A stretch of 32,000 nucleotides of DNA, from NCBI RefSeq assembly GCF_000012345.1, contig NC_007205.1:870001-902000 (forward strand), written 5' to 3'. This stretch comes from Candidatus Pelagibacter ubique HTCC1062. Lineage in GTDB: Bacteria; Pseudomonadota; Alphaproteobacteria; Pelagibacterales; Pelagibacteraceae. This document shows positions 1 through 10,789 of this stretch, piece after piece (the stretch's first letter is position 1; each line of letters opens with the position of its first letter). The notes under the pieces are model-generated. The model saw nothing but the letters and a program-made list of their open reading frames with translations, ran no database searches and was not told the origin of the DNA. The position numbers and the translations under genes were made by a program.

Positions 1-1
1 T

Positions 2-3000
2 CTTAACGAAAATGGATATAAGAGAATTATTGAACTTTCCTCAAGGTCTTACCTTGAAAATGATGCATTATCTGACCCTCATTTAGATGTAAAAGAACTT
101 TTAATAGACACTGAGGGCGTGTCCTTACTTTCCGGGACTATTCAAGGTTTATTTGGTAAACTATTTGAAAAAGGTCGTTTAGATGAAATATCAAAACTAT
201 ATAGAAGCTTATCATCAAAATTTAATGATAATTTTTACCTAGAAATCCAAAGACATGGTGATCAAAACGAAATTGCTTTTGAAAAATTCAATTTAGAACA
301 ATCTTTAAAAATTCAAATACCAATTATAGCTACAAATGAAGTTTATTACTTAACACCTGACATGCACGAAGCTCATGATGCTTTAACGTGCATTGGTTCT
401 AAAACTTATGTTAATGAAAAAAATAGAATTAAATATAGCAACCAGCATTATTTTAAATCTAATGAAGAAATGTCAAAGCTATTTTCAGATCTTCCTGAAG
501 CTTTAGAAAATAACTTCAATTTACCATTTAAATGTAATTTTAGACCACAGTTTTCAAAACCTGTACTTCCAAATATTAGTTCTGAAAAAGGAGGTAGTGC
601 TGATGAAATACTTAAAAAAGATTCGCTAGACGGATTAAAAGAAAAATTTCAGAAAGTTTTTAAAATTGAAGAAAATAATTTAAAAACAGATGATAAATTC
701 TTGAAATACAAAGACAGACTAGATCATGAGTTAAAAATCATAATCGAAATGAAATATCCAAGTTATTTTTTGATTGTATCTGATTATATTAAATGGGCTA
801 AAAATAACGATATTCCAGTAGGACCTGGTAGAGGTTCTGGTGCTGGCTCACTGGTTGCTTGGTGTTTATCCATTACGGATGTTGATCCGATTAAATTTAA
901 TTTAATATTTGAAAGATTTTTAAACCCTGATCGAGTATCAATGCCTGACTTTGATATAGATTTTTGTGAGGAAAAAAGAGATCTTGTTTTTAAATATTTA
1001 ACTACAAAATATAAAGATAGTGTTGCTCATATAATTACATTTGGAAAATTAAAAGCAAGAATGGTTATTAGAGATGTTGGTAGAGTATTAGGTCTACCAT
1101 ATGGTTTTGTTGACAGTATTTCAAAAATGATCCCTTTTGATCCCTCTAGACCTCAAAGTCTAACTGAGTGTATTAATAGTGAACCACGACTTCAAAAATT
1201 AGTTAATGAAGACCCACGTGTAAAAAAATTAACTGATCTTTCTTTAAAATTAGAAGGTTTAAATAGAAATGTAGCAACTCATGCAGCAGGCGTTGTAATA
1301 GCTGATAGAAAATTAACTGAAGTTGTACCTTTATACAAAGATGCTGCAGCAGACTTGCTGTTACCATCAACACAATTTGACATGTATTCAGCAGAAAATG
1401 CTGGCTTAATCAAGTTTGATTTTTTAGGATTAAAAACTTTAACAGTTATTAATAGAACACAAAAATTGATTAATAAAAAAGTTAAAGATTTCAAAATTGA
1501 AGATATTGATTTTGATGATCAAAAAGTTTTTGAACTTTTATCTTCTGGTAACACTGTTGGATTATTTCAAGTTGAAAGTGCTGGTATGCGCGAAGCTTTG
1601 TTGCAAATGAAACCCAACCATATTGAAGATATTATTGCTCTTGTTGCACTTTACCGTCCAGGACCTATGAGCAACATACCAATTTACAATGACTGTAAGC
1701 ACGGAAGACAAACACCTGATTATTTGCATCCATTACTTGAGGATATTTTAAAACCTACTTATGGAGTTATTATTTATCAAGAACAAGTGATGCAAATAGC
1801 ACAAAAACTCTCTGGTTTTACCGCTGGTGAGGCAGATATTTTAAGAAGAGCTATGGGTAAAAAAAAAAGAGCCGAATTAGAAAAGCAGAAACAGGGATTT
1901 ATTGCTGGTGCTTTGAAAAATGGAATTAGCAAAGAAGTTGCAGCTAGTATATTTTTAAAAATTGAACCATTTGCTGAATATGGATTTAACAAAAGTCATG
2001 CTGCTGCTTATGCTATAATTTCCTATCAAACTGCTTTTTTAAAAACCTATTATCCTAAAGAGTTTTTTGCAGCATCTATGACAATGGATATTTCAAATCA
2101 AAATAAATTGGGAGAATTCCATGAAGAACTAAAAAGAATTAATATTAAAGTTATACGACCTGATATTAATAAGTGCTTTGCAGATTTTCAATTCGATGAC
2201 AATAATTTTTATTATGCTCTTGGTGGAATTAAAAGTGTTGGTTATGAAGCAATATCAAATGTTGTTAAAGAAAGAAATGAAAATGGAGATTTTAAATCTA
2301 TAAATGATTTTTTAAATAGAGTTAATCCTAAAGATATAAATAAACTTCAATTAGAAGGTTTGGTTAAAGCAGGAGCTTTTGATAATATAGATAACAATCG
2401 ACAAGCCTTATTTAATTCTATTCCAAATTTTATTTTAAAAACAAAAAATATTTATGAAAACAAAGCAGCAAATCAAATTGATCTTTTTGGCTCAGATGAT
2501 GAACAGGATAATGAAATAGTTCTAAATATTGAAGATTGGAAGTTTGAGGATCGTTTATCAAGAGAATTTGAAGCTATTGGTTTTTTTATATCTGACCATC
2601 CTTTAAATCAATTCAAAGAAATTTTTGATGACTATAAAATTGTCGATTATGCACAGTTTAATTTGAATGATACAATAAAAGAGGCAAATATTGCAGCTAC
2701 ACTTTTAAAAATCACTGAAAGAAAAACTGCAAAAGGTAATTCATACGGAGTTATTAAGTTCACTGATTTAACTAGTGTTTTTGAGCTGTTTATTTTTTCA
2801 GATATTTTAGAACTTAATAGAGAGGCTTTAGTGGAGGGTAGCTCTTTAATCATAACCTTGATCAAAACCATTTCTAACGATGAAAATAGATTTAAAAGAA
2901 TAAATGTTCAAAAAATTGCATCTCTCAAGGATCTTTTTAATATGCCTGTTAACGAAATTGTATTTAATATTAAATCAATTAAAGACATCGATAAAATATC

Positions 3001-3154
3001 TGATTTAGTCAATGAAGAGGGGACAACTGAGGTAAAAATTAATATAACCGATAAAAACAATGAAATTAGCTTTAAATTGAAAAACAAGCGTCTTATTGAC
3101 AGGAAAGCTATTAATATTATCAGAAATAAAGATATTTCGACTACTATTCATTAA
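2..3154 (+). CDS. dnaE: DNA polymerase III alpha subunit, 5'-truncated by the window edge (the frame is open from position 2)
   Basis: The frame reads through from nt 2 (LNENGYKRIIELS...), so the GTG at 119 in the track is internal. Diagnostic motifs seen: MPDFDIDFC, GLIKFDFLGLKTL, LYRPGPM, FNKSHAAAYA. Stop TAA at 3152-3154. Confidence 0.96.
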   Translation, partial: LNENGYKRIIELSSRSYLENDALSDPHLDVKELLIDTEGVSLLSGTIQGLFGKLFEKGRLDEISKLYRSLSSKFNDNFYLEIQRHGDQNEIAFEKFNLEQSLKIQIPIIATNEVYYLTPDMHEAHDALTCIGSKTYVNEKNRIKYSNQHYFKSNEEMSKLFSDLPEALENNFNLPFKCNFRPQFSKPVLPNISSEKGGSADEILKKDSLDGLKEKFQKVFKIEENNLKTDDKFLKYKDRLDHELKIIIEMKYPSYFLIVSDYIKWAKNNDIPVGPGRGSGAGSLVAWCLSITDVDPIKFNLIFERFLNPDRVSMPDFDIDFCEEKRDLVFKYLTTKYKDSVAHIITFGKLKARMVIRDVGRVLGLPYGFVDSISKMIPFDPSRPQSLTECINSEPRLQKLVNEDPRVKKLTDLSLKLEGLNRNVATHAAGVVIADRKLTEVVPLYKDAAADLLLPSTQFDMYSAENAGLIKFDFLGLKTLTVINRTQKLINKKVKDFKIEDIDFDDQKVFELLSSGNTVGLFQVESAGMREALLQMKPNHIEDIIALVALYRPGPMSNIPIYNDCKHGRQTPDYLHPLLEDILKPTYGVIIYQEQVMQIAQKLSGFTAGEADILRRAMGKKKRAELEKQKQGFIAGALKNGISKEVAASIFLKIEPFAEYGFNKSHAAAYAIISYQTAFLKTYYPKEFFAASMTMDISNQNKLGEFHEELKRINIKVIRPDINKCFADFQFDDNNFYYALGGIKSVGYEAISNVVKERNENGDFKSINDFLNRVNPKDINKLQLEGLVKAGAFDNIDNNRQALFNSIPNFILKTKNIYENKAANQIDLFGSDDEQDNEIVLNIEDWKFEDRLSREFEAIGFFISDHPLNQFKEIFDDYKIVDYAQFNLNDTIKEANIAATLLKITERKTAKGNSYGVIKFTDLTSVFELFIFSDILELNREALVEGSSLIITLIKTISNDENRFKRINVQKIASLKDLFNMPVNEIVFNIKSIKDIDKISDLVNEEGTTEVKINITDKNNEISFKLKNKRLIDRKAINIIRNKDISTTIH

Positions 3155-3161
3155 AAAAGAC

Positions 3162-3190
3162 TTGTTTGTTCTATAAATAATTTGTAAATA
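3162..3190 (+). promoter_or_regulatory. candidate sigma70-type promoter for rpsB-tsf (TTGTTT, 17 nt spacer, TAAATA)
   Basis: TTGTTT at 3162-3167, a 17-nt spacer, then TAAATA at 3185-3190 preceded by TG. Such matches arise easily by chance in AT-rich DNA. Confidence 0.25.
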
Positions 3191-3210
3191 ACTCTTAAAT
3201 TAAATTAACA

Positions 3211-3283
3211 CGCACACAGTTTGTGGTTTTATACCTCCGGTCCTTAAATGGAAATTACTGTGGTGGCTTAACCGGGAATAAAT
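3211..3283 (+). promoter_or_regulatory. candidate structured 5' leader of rpsB (possible pseudoknot occluding the SD-like GGGA)
   Basis: This patch is locally GC-richer than the surrounding AT-rich spacer. CACAGT 3215-3220 can pair with ACTGTG 3257-3262. TCCGGT 3236-3241 can pair with ACCGGG 3271-3276. The second helix crosses the first and covers GGGA, 7 nt upstream of ATG 3284. Confidence 0.3.
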
Positions 3284-4105
3284 ATGAAAATACCAAGTCT
3301 AACTATCCAACAACTATTAGAAGCAGGCGTTCATTTAGGTCATAAGACCTTAAGATGGAACCCAAAGATGAAAAAATACATTTTTGGAAAAAGAGATTCA
3401 ATTCACATTATTGATTTAACTCAAACATTAGAATTAACCAATGTAGCTTTGGAAAAAGTTTACAATACGATAGCCAATAATGGCAAAATTCTTTTTGTTT
3501 CTACAAAAAAACAAGCATCAGAAGCTATTGCTGAAGTTGCAAAAGAAACTGGACAATACTTTGTAAACTACAGATGGTTAGGTGGAATGCTAACCAACTG
3601 GGGAACAATCTCAGGATCAATTAAAAAGATGAAAAAATATGAGGCTGATCTTGTAGCTGAAAATAGAGGCTTTACAAAAAAAGAACTATTAAAGATGAGC
3701 GTTAAAAAAGATAAATTAGAAAGAGCATTAGGTGGAATTGCAGAAATGAAAAAGGTTCCCGATCTAGTTTTTATTATTGATACTAATTATGAATCTCTAG
3801 CTATTGCTGAAGCTTCTAAATTAGGTATTCCAATCTGTGCTATACTTGACAGCAATTCTAATCCTGATGGTATTGATTACCCAATTCCAGGTAACGATGA
3901 TGCTAGAAGAGCGATTGATTTGTATTGCAATTTAGTAAAAGAAACTATTGAAAATGCAAAAAAAGCTGCTCCATCTAAATTTGAAGAAAAACCAGATGTT
4001 GATGATACAAAAACCAAAGAAACTTCATCAAAAACTATTCAGGAGATTGATAGAGAGAAGTTAGATGCTAAATTTTCAAAAAAAGATAAGGAAAAACTAA
4101 ATTAA
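3284..4105 (+). CDS. rpsB: 30S ribosomal protein S2
   Basis: The N-terminus [19 protein letters not shown] and the motif FVSTKKQA are typical of S2. It lies in the conserved position upstream of tsf. Confidence 0.97.
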
Positions 4106-4106
4106 C

Positions 4107-4958
4107 ATGAGTGATATAGAAAAAGTAAAACAATTACGTGAAGCAACTGGTGCTGGATTTAAAGATTGTAATTTAGCAATCAAAGAATCTGGAGGCGACC
4201 TAGATAAAGCTGTTGAAATTTTAAGAGTAAAAGGAATTTCTAAAGCTTCAAAAAAAATGTCAAGAGATGCTAAAGAAGGTGTTATTGCAACTTCAGGCGA
4301 TGAAAATAAAATATCTATTATTGAAATTAACTGTGAAACAGATTTTGTTGCTAAAAATGATGACTTCGTATCCTTTGCAAAAGAATTAAGTGAACTGAAT
4401 AATCAAAATTCATCTGACTTAGAGAAACTCAATAAATCAAAAATGGCAAATGGAGAAACAGTTGAAGATAGCCTTGTTGCATTAATTGCAAAAATGGGAG
4501 AAAAGATAACACTTGGTAAAGCAAAAACATTTAGCCAACCAGGTTCTAAAAACTTTAATTATTTGCATACTGTAGTTAAAGATAATTTGTCTAAATTATC
4601 AGTCATAACTTCACTTGAGACCTCAAACGATAGTGAAGATGTTAAAGCTTTTGGTAAACAACTTTCAATGCATATTGCAGCTTCAAATCCTTTGGCACTA
4701 AGTTCAGATTTAATTGATAAAGATCTTCTTCAAAAAGAACAGGATCTTGTTGCTGAAGAGTTAAAAAACTCAGGAAAACCTGAGGATATTGCACAAAAGA
4801 TTAGTTTAGGTAAAATGAATAAATTTAAAGAAGAAAATGCCTTATTAACACAAGCCTGGGTTATGGAACCAAAAAAGAAAGTTCAAGATATCATAAAAGA
4901 ACTAAACATACCCGATTTAAAGATTAACAATTTTCTAAGAATTAAAATAGGTGAATAA
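4107..4958 (+). CDS. tsf: translation elongation factor Ts
   Basis: [34 protein letters not shown] is the UBA-like N-terminus of EF-Ts. It starts 1 nt after the rpsB stop. Confidence 0.97.
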
Positions 4959-5510
4959 ATGTTTAATGAAAAATCATATAGCCAGAAGATGGATAAAACC
5001 ATTGAGGTTTTTCAGAAAGAGTTAACATCATTAAGAACTGGCAGAGCAAATTCCTCGATGTTAGATCTTGTTAAGGTTGATGTTTATGGTCAAGCAATGC
5101 CTTTAAATCAAGTATCAAGCATAACAACTCCAGATGCTAGAACTATTAATATTCAAGTTTGGGATCTTAATAATGTGCCACTTGTTGATACTGCAATTAA
5201 AAAATCAGAATTAGGTTTAAATCCTCAAATTGATGGTCAATTAATTAGACTTCCTGTACCAGACTTAAATGAAGAACGAAGAACAGAGATTAAAAAATTA
5301 ATCAAATCTATGGGTGAAAAGTGTAAAATCTCAATTAGAAATATTAGAAGAGAAGCCAATGATGATTTAAAAAACCTAGTTAAAGAAAAAATAATTAGTG
5401 AAGATGAAGAAAAGATTAATGAAAAATTAGTACAATCATTTACAGACGAACATATTAAAATCATAGATACTAAAGTTGAAGTTAAAGAAAAAGAAATAAT
5501 GACCATATGA
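4959..5510 (+). CDS. frr: ribosome recycling factor
   Basis: LTSLRTGRANSSMLD and IRNIRREAND are RRF signatures. The ATG directly abuts the tsf stop. Confidence 0.96.
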   Translation: MFNEKSYSQKMDKTIEVFQKELTSLRTGRANSSMLDLVKVDVYGQAMPLNQVSSITTPDARTINIQVWDLNNVPLVDTAIKKSELGLNPQIDGQLIRLPVPDLNEERRTEIKKLIKSMGEKCKISIRNIRREANDDLKNLVKEKIISEDEEKINEKLVQSFTDEHIKIIDTKVEVKEKEIMTI

Positions 5511-6184
5511 ACCCAATTAAACATGTTGCCATCATCATGGATGGAAACGGTAGATGGGGCGTTAAGCATAAACAATCAAGAAATGCAGGTCATAGAGCTG
5601 GTTTAAACACAGTCGATCTAATCATTAATCATTGCATTAACCATAAAATTAAGTTTTTAACTCTTTATACCTTCTCTTCTGAAAATTGGAAAAGACCCAA
5701 AAATGAAATTGTTTTTTTATTTAAATTATTAGAAAACTTTTTACAAAAAAAGATTAGTAAAATTATTGAAAAAGATATTAAGCTTAAGTTTATTGGTGAA
5801 TTAAATAAATTACCTACAAAACTTCAAAAATTAATTAAATTATCAGAAAAAAAAACTTTTAATAAAAAAACGTTACAAGTTAATATTGCTTTAAACTATG
5901 GTTCGAAAATTGAATTAATTAATACCGTAAAAAAAATTAAACGAAAAAAAATTACAATAAATGAAAAAAATATAGATAACAATTTGTATACAAAGCATCT
6001 ACCGAACCCTGATATTTTAATAAGAACTGGAAATACCAATAGACTAAGCAACTTTTTACTTTGGCAACTATCTTACACAGAGATATTTTTTGAAAAAAAA
6101 TTATGGCCTGATTTTAAAGGTAAAGATTTTGATAAAATTATGAATAAATTTAAAAATATTAAAAGAAATTTCGGATCAATTTAA
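5507..6184 (+). CDS. uppS: undecaprenyl diphosphate synthase
   Basis: HVAIIMDGNGRWG and the RLSNFLLWQ motif. There is a 4-nt ATGA overlap with frr. Confidence 0.95.
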   Translation: MNPIKHVAIIMDGNGRWGVKHKQSRNAGHRAGLNTVDLIINHCINHKIKFLTLYTFSSENWKRPKNEIVFLFKLLENFLQKKISKIIEKDIKLKFIGELNKLPTKLQKLIKLSEKKTFNKKTLQVNIALNYGSKIELINTVKKIKRKKITINEKNIDNNLYTKHLPNPDILIRTGNTNRLSNFLLWQLSYTEIFFEKKLWPDFKGKDFDKIMNKFKNIKRNFGSI

Positions 6185-6846
6185 TGAATTCAAATATAAA
6201 AAAAAGAATTTTAACTTCAATACTTCTTATTGCTCTTTTAATAGGAATGTTTTTTTACTCGTATATAATGATAATTTCTTTAATTATTATAGCAATAATT
6301 TCATGGATTGAATTTTATGCATTAATATCAAAAATTTTTAAAAAAGATATTTTAAAGGATAAATTTTTTAGATTCTCTTATAAAGCTTTATCATTAATTT
6401 ATTTATCAGGATTAGTTTATTTAATTTTTACTATAGAATCAGAGAATTCTAATCTTAAAATCTACCTTTTATATTCTGTTTTAATTGCAATATTGTCAGA
6501 CATTGGAGGGCTTGTTTGTGGAAAAATATTTAAAGGAAAAAAACTAACTAAAATCAGCCCTAATAAAACAATTTCTGGATCAATTGGTTCTTTCATGTTC
6601 TCCATGCTGTTGATCCCCTTTTTTTATAAAGTTCAAATTGATCAATCAATAGTAAATCTTTTTTTAATAACAATCATTATTTCCCTAACATCTCAATTAG
6701 GAGATCTATTTATTTCACTTTTAAAGCGCAAAGCAAAAGTTAAAGATACGAGTGATTTGCTGCCTGGCCATGGAGGAGTTTTAGATAGAATAGATGGAAT
6801 AATTTTTGCAATACCACTTGGGATTTTTTTGTTTATATTTATTTAG
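6184..6846 (+). CDS. cdsA: phosphatidate cytidylyltransferase (CDP-diglyceride synthase)
   Basis: A multi-pass hydrophobic protein with SDIGGLVCGKIFKGKKL..SPNKTISGS and a GHGGVLDRIDG signature. There is a 1-nt TAATG overlap with uppS. Confidence 0.93.
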   Translation: MNSNIKKRILTSILLIALLIGMFFYSYIMIISLIIIAIISWIEFYALISKIFKKDILKDKFFRFSYKALSLIYLSGLVYLIFTIESENSNLKIYLLYSVLIAILSDIGGLVCGKIFKGKKLTKISPNKTISGSIGSFMFSMLLIPFFYKVQIDQSIVNLFLITIIISLTSQLGDLFISLLKRKAKVKDTSDLLPGHGGVLDRIDGIIFAIPLGIFLFIFI

Positions 6847-6847
6847 T

Positions 6848-8014
6848 ATGAAAAAAATTGCAATTTTTGGATCTACAGGCTCTATTGGATCATCATTATT
6901 AAAGATTATTAAAGATGATCAAAAAAACTTTAAAATTGAATTACTCACAGTAAATAAAAATTATAAGAAATTAATAAAACAAGTTAAATTGTTTAATGTT
7001 AAAAATGTAATTGTCACCGATTATAATTCTTTTTTAATTACAACCAAACTTTTGAAAAATGCTAAAGTTAAAGTTTTTAATAACTTTGATTCATTAAACA
7101 AAATTTTTAATACAAATAATAAAATTGATTATTCAATGTGTGCAATTTCAGGATTTGACGGATTAAAACCAACTTTGGATATTATTAAATTTACCAAAAC
7201 TATAGCGATAGCAAACAAAGAATCCATTATATGTGGATGGAATTTAATTAAAAAAGATTTAAAAAAATATAAAACATATTTTGTACCAGTAGATTCTGAA
7301 CATTTTTCTATTTGGTCACTATTAGATAACAATAAAAAAAACAATTTTGAAAAAATTTACATAACAGCTTCTGGAGGTCCTTTTAGAAACTTATCATTAA
7401 AAAAATTTAGAAATATTTCAGTTAAAGATGCATTAAAACATCCTAATTGGTCGATGGGAAAAAAAATTACAATCGATTCTGCTACAATGATGAATAAAGT
7501 TTTTGAAATTATAGAAGCAAAAAAAATCTTTAATTTAAATTATAAACAACTTGAAATATTAATTCATCCAAAGTCATACCTACATGCAATAGTAAAATTT
7601 AATAATGGTTTATCGAAACTTTTAGTTCATGATACCAATATGACAATTCCAATATTTAATTCTATTTATTTTAATACCGACAAAAAACTTAAATCAAAAA
7701 ATATCGATATTAAAACGTTAAATAATCTAAATCTTAAAAAAATTGATAATATTAGATTCCCAGTAATTAAAATTCTTAATAATTTGAGTAATGAAGATTC
7801 TTTATTTGAGACTATAATTGTGAGTGCAAATGATAAATTAGTGAAACTTTTTTTAAATAATAAGATTAAATTTAATGATATATCTAATACATTGATAAAA
7901 ATTTGTAATACTCCTGAATTCAATAAATTTAAGTCAATGAAGCCCAGAAATATTGATGAAATTCAAAATTTAAATGATTATGTAAGTTTAAAAATTAGCT
8001 CTATGAGTGTATAA
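6848..8014 (+). CDS. dxr: 1-deoxy-D-xylulose 5-phosphate reductoisomerase
   Basis: MKKIAIFGSTGSIGSS is the NADPH-binding N-terminus, and PVDSEH and NKG-like motifs are present. I chose ATG 6848, just after the cdsA stop, rather than the track start at 6806, which lies inside cdsA. Confidence 0.94.
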   Translation: MKKIAIFGSTGSIGSSLLKIIKDDQKNFKIELLTVNKNYKKLIKQVKLFNVKNVIVTDYNSFLITTKLLKNAKVKVFNNFDSLNKIFNTNNKIDYSMCAISGFDGLKPTLDIIKFTKTIAIANKESIICGWNLIKKDLKKYKTYFVPVDSEHFSIWSLLDNNKKNNFEKIYITASGGPFRNLSLKKFRNISVKDALKHPNWSMGKKITIDSATMMNKVFEIIEAKKIFNLNYKQLEILIHPKSYLHAIVKFNNGLSKLLVHDTNMTIPIFNSIYFNTDKKLKSKNIDIKTLNNLNLKKIDNIRFPVIKILNNLSNEDSLFETIIVSANDKLVKLFLNNKIKFNDISNTLIKICNTPEFNKFKSMKPRNIDEIQNLNDYVSLKISSMSV

Positions 8015-8021
8015 ACTCGCT

Positions 8022-10259
8022 ATGTTTAGATTTTTTATTCAATTAATATTACTCTCTATTTTTTTGACATTTTCGTCAAACTCAAAAAATTATGAAAAAA
8101 TCATTATTAATGGTAATGAGAGAATATCTAATGAAACAATATTAGTTTTTTCAGAAATTCAAGACAACATACCTTTAGACGAAAATTCCATAAATGAAAT
8201 TTTAAAAAAATTATATAAATCTGGTTTTTTTAAAGATGTTGCAGTTAAAATTGAAAATAATAATCTAACTATAGATGTATTGGAAAATCCAATAATTCAA
8301 ACAGTTTTAATAGAGGGAATTAAAAGAAAAAAAACAAAAGAATCTTTATATGAAATTTTATCTTTAAAAAATAGATCCTCTTATAACTCAACTTTAATTA
8401 AAAAAGATGAATCAGCTATATTAAGTTTTCTTAAAGATGATGGTTATTACTTTTCTAAAGTCACATCCTCCTATCAAGATTTAGGGGATAATAAAATTGA
8501 TCTCCTTTACCAAATTGAACTTGGTGAAAAATCAAAAATCTCAAAAATTTCATTTATTGGGGATAAAAAATTTAAAGACAGCACATTAAAAAATATAATT
8601 ATTAGTGAGGAATATAAATTTTGGAAGTTTCTTTCTGGTAAAAAATACTTGAATGAAAATTTAATTAATTATGATAAAAGATTGTTAAATAATTTTTATA
8701 AGAATAAAGGTTTTTTTAACGTTGTAATTGAGTCGTCATTTGCTAACTATCTTGGCAATGATGAGTTTGAAATAATCTATAATATTTCATCTGGTAATAA
8801 ATTTTATTTTAATGAATTTAATCTTAATCTTCCATTAGATTATGATCGTGCTAATTTTCAGCAATTAGATAATATCTTTAAAAATCTTAAAGGAGAAAAT
8901 TATTCTCTCAACTCCATTGATAAAATTTTAAAAGAAATTGATAAAATTGTTTTGAATGAACAATTTGAGTTTCTAAAATCTACTGTTAACGAGAGTATAG
9001 AAGACAATTTAATTAATCTTACATTCGATATAGATGAATCAGAAAAATTCTATGTCGAAAAAATTAACATATTAGGTAATAATGTTACCCTTGAAGAAGT
9101 AATTCGAAATAATCTTCTGGTTGATGAAGGAGATGCTTTTAATGAGTTACTTCAAACCAGAACATTAAATAACTTAAGAGGACTTAATTTTTTTCGTAAA
9201 GTTGAGACTGAAATTTTAGATATCGATAATGAAAATAAAAAAATAATTAATATTACAGTTGAAGAAAAACCTACAGGGGAAATTATGGCTGGAGCTGGTG
9301 TTGGTACTGGTGGTGGAACTTTTGCTTTTGGTGTATCAGAAAATAATTTTCTTGGTAGAGGTATAGAGTTTGCATCTGATATTTCAGTCAGCACTGAAAG
9401 TCTTAAAGGAATTATTTCAATGAATAATCCTAACTATAAGGGCTCTAACAGATCATTAAACACCTCATTGGAAAGTACGATCACAGATAGACTTAAAAAT
9501 TTTGGTTATAAGTCAAATAAAACTGGTTTTTCTGTTGGAAGTGGTTTCGAGTTTTATGATGACCTTTATTGGAATACAGGTGTTTCTTCGTATGTTGAAA
9601 AACTAGAAACCGATAGCACAGCCTCTGCTAGTATGAAAAAACAAGAAGGTTCATATTTTGATACCTTTTTTAATCATACTTTTAGTTATGATAAGAGAGA
9701 CCAAAGATACAAAACCTCTGATGGTTACATTAGTAGGTTCTCACAAAATATTCCTTTAATAAGTGAAAGTTATACCTTAACCAACACTTATGATTATAAA
9801 ATCTATAATGAATGGCTAGACGAAAATATTTTTTCGATTGGTTTTTTTGGGCAAATCTCAAATTCTTTAGCTGGTAAAGATATTAAACTTTCTGATAGAT
9901 TGTATTTACCAGCAAGTAAACTAAGAGGGTTTGAGTCTGGAAAAGTTGGTCCAAAAGATGGGGCTGATTTTATTGGTGGTAATTATGCAGCTTCAATAAA
10001 TATAGCAACAAGTCTTTCTCAAATATTACCTAATTCACAGAATACTAATTTTTCTGTTTTTTTTGATGCAGCAAATGTCTGGGGTATAGATTATAGTTCA
10101 TCATTAAGCGATGAAAGTAAAATTAGATCATCTGTAGGAATAGCTGTAGATTTCTTCACGCCAGTTGGTCCTCTAAACTTTTCTTTAACTGAAGCTATTA
10201 CTAAAGGTAAAAATGATATAACTGAATCTTTCAGGTTTAATTTAGGTACCACTTTTTAA
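8022..10259 (+). CDS. bamA: outer membrane protein assembly factor BamA
   Basis: A signal-peptide-like MFRFFIQLILLSIFLTFSS, repeated POTRA-like segments, and a C-terminal barrel ending in FRFNLGTTF (terminal Phe). An alternative GTG start at 8007 overlaps the dxr stop. Confidence 0.93.
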   Translation: MFRFFIQLILLSIFLTFSSNSKNYEKIIINGNERISNETILVFSEIQDNIPLDENSINEILKKLYKSGFFKDVAVKIENNNLTIDVLENPIIQTVLIEGIKRKKTKESLYEILSLKNRSSYNSTLIKKDESAILSFLKDDGYYFSKVTSSYQDLGDNKIDLLYQIELGEKSKISKISFIGDKKFKDSTLKNIIISEEYKFWKFLSGKKYLNENLINYDKRLLNNFYKNKGFFNVVIESSFANYLGNDEFEIIYNISSGNKFYFNEFNLNLPLDYDRANFQQLDNIFKNLKGENYSLNSIDKILKEIDKIVLNEQFEFLKSTVNESIEDNLINLTFDIDESEKFYVEKINILGNNVTLEEVIRNNLLVDEGDAFNELLQTRTLNNLRGLNFFRKVETEILDIDNENKKIINITVEEKPTGEIMAGAGVGTGGGTFAFGVSENNFLGRGIEFASDISVSTESLKGIISMNNPNYKGSNRSLNTSLESTITDRLKNFGYKSNKTGFSVGSGFEFYDDLYWNTGVSSYVEKLETDSTASASMKKQEGSYFDTFFNHTFSYDKRDQRYKTSDGYISRFSQNIPLISESYTLTNTYDYKIYNEWLDENIFSIGFFGQISNSLAGKDIKLSDRLYLPASKLRGFESGKVGPKDGADFIGGNYAASINIATSLSQILPNSQNTNFSVFFDAANVWGIDYSSSLSDESKIRSSVGIAVDFFTPVGPLNFSLTEAITKGKNDITESFRFNLGTTF

Positions 10260-10783
10260 TGAAAAAACTACTCGCATCATTTTTAATTATTTTTTTATTT
10301 TCTACGAATATAGTTTTTTCTGAACAAAAAATAGCATTCATAGATATGGATAAAGTTATTTCAACATCTAATGCAGGCTCTTCAATTTTAAAACAATTAA
10401 CAGATCTTAATAAAAAAAATTTAAAATTTTTGAATGAGGAAGAAAAAAAATTCAAAGAAAAAGAAACAAAATTAATTTCTCAAAAAAATATTATATCTGA
10501 AAATGATTTTAAAAATAAGGTTAATGAACTGAAATCTGAAATTAATAACTACAATCAAAATAGAAATAAAATGTTGTCTGATTTTAATAAATTAAAAATA
10601 GATAATACCAATAATCTTTTAAAATTGATTAATCCAATTTTAGTTAAATTTTCAAATGACAAAGAAATAGCTATTATTTTACAAAAAAAAGATTTAGTTG
10701 TTGCTAAAACACAACTAGACATTACAGACGAAGTTATTAAAATTGTTAATTCAGAAGTTAAAGAATTTAAGATTAACAAATAA
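10259..10783 (+). CDS. skp: periplasmic chaperone Skp/OmpH
   Basis: A signal peptide followed by QKIAFIDMDKVISTSNAGSSI and a long Lys/Glu/Asn-rich coiled region. It lies in the conserved position after bamA, with a 1-nt overlap. Confidence 0.88.
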   Translation: MKKLLASFLIIFLFSTNIVFSEQKIAFIDMDKVISTSNAGSSILKQLTDLNKKNLKFLNEEEKKFKEKETKLISQKNIISENDFKNKVNELKSEINNYNQNRNKMLSDFNKLKIDNTNNLLKLINPILVKFSNDKEIAIILQKKDLVVAKTQLDITDEVIKIVNSEVKEFKINK

Positions 10784-10789
10784 ATAGAG

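Noticed and set aside
1279-2871. Three antisense ORFs of 71-74 aa inside dnaE.
   Set aside because: They are shadow ORFs within a confidently identified gene, with no start context or recognisable product.
5237-5575. A 112-aa - strand ORF spanning the frr/uppS junction. Similar antisense ORFs occur at 7129, 7666, 9152, 10237, 10555, 11723, 12457, 13034, 13822, 14239, 15105, 18651, 20677 and 23544.
   Set aside because: All lie antisense within well-supported genes and show the low-complexity composition typical of AT-rich shadow frames.
6806-6847. The track start for dxr at 6806 (MQYHLGFFCLYLFS...).
   Set aside because: This extension lies inside cdsA. The canonical Dxr N-terminus MKKIAIFGSTGSIGSS starts at ATG 6848, right after the cdsA stop.
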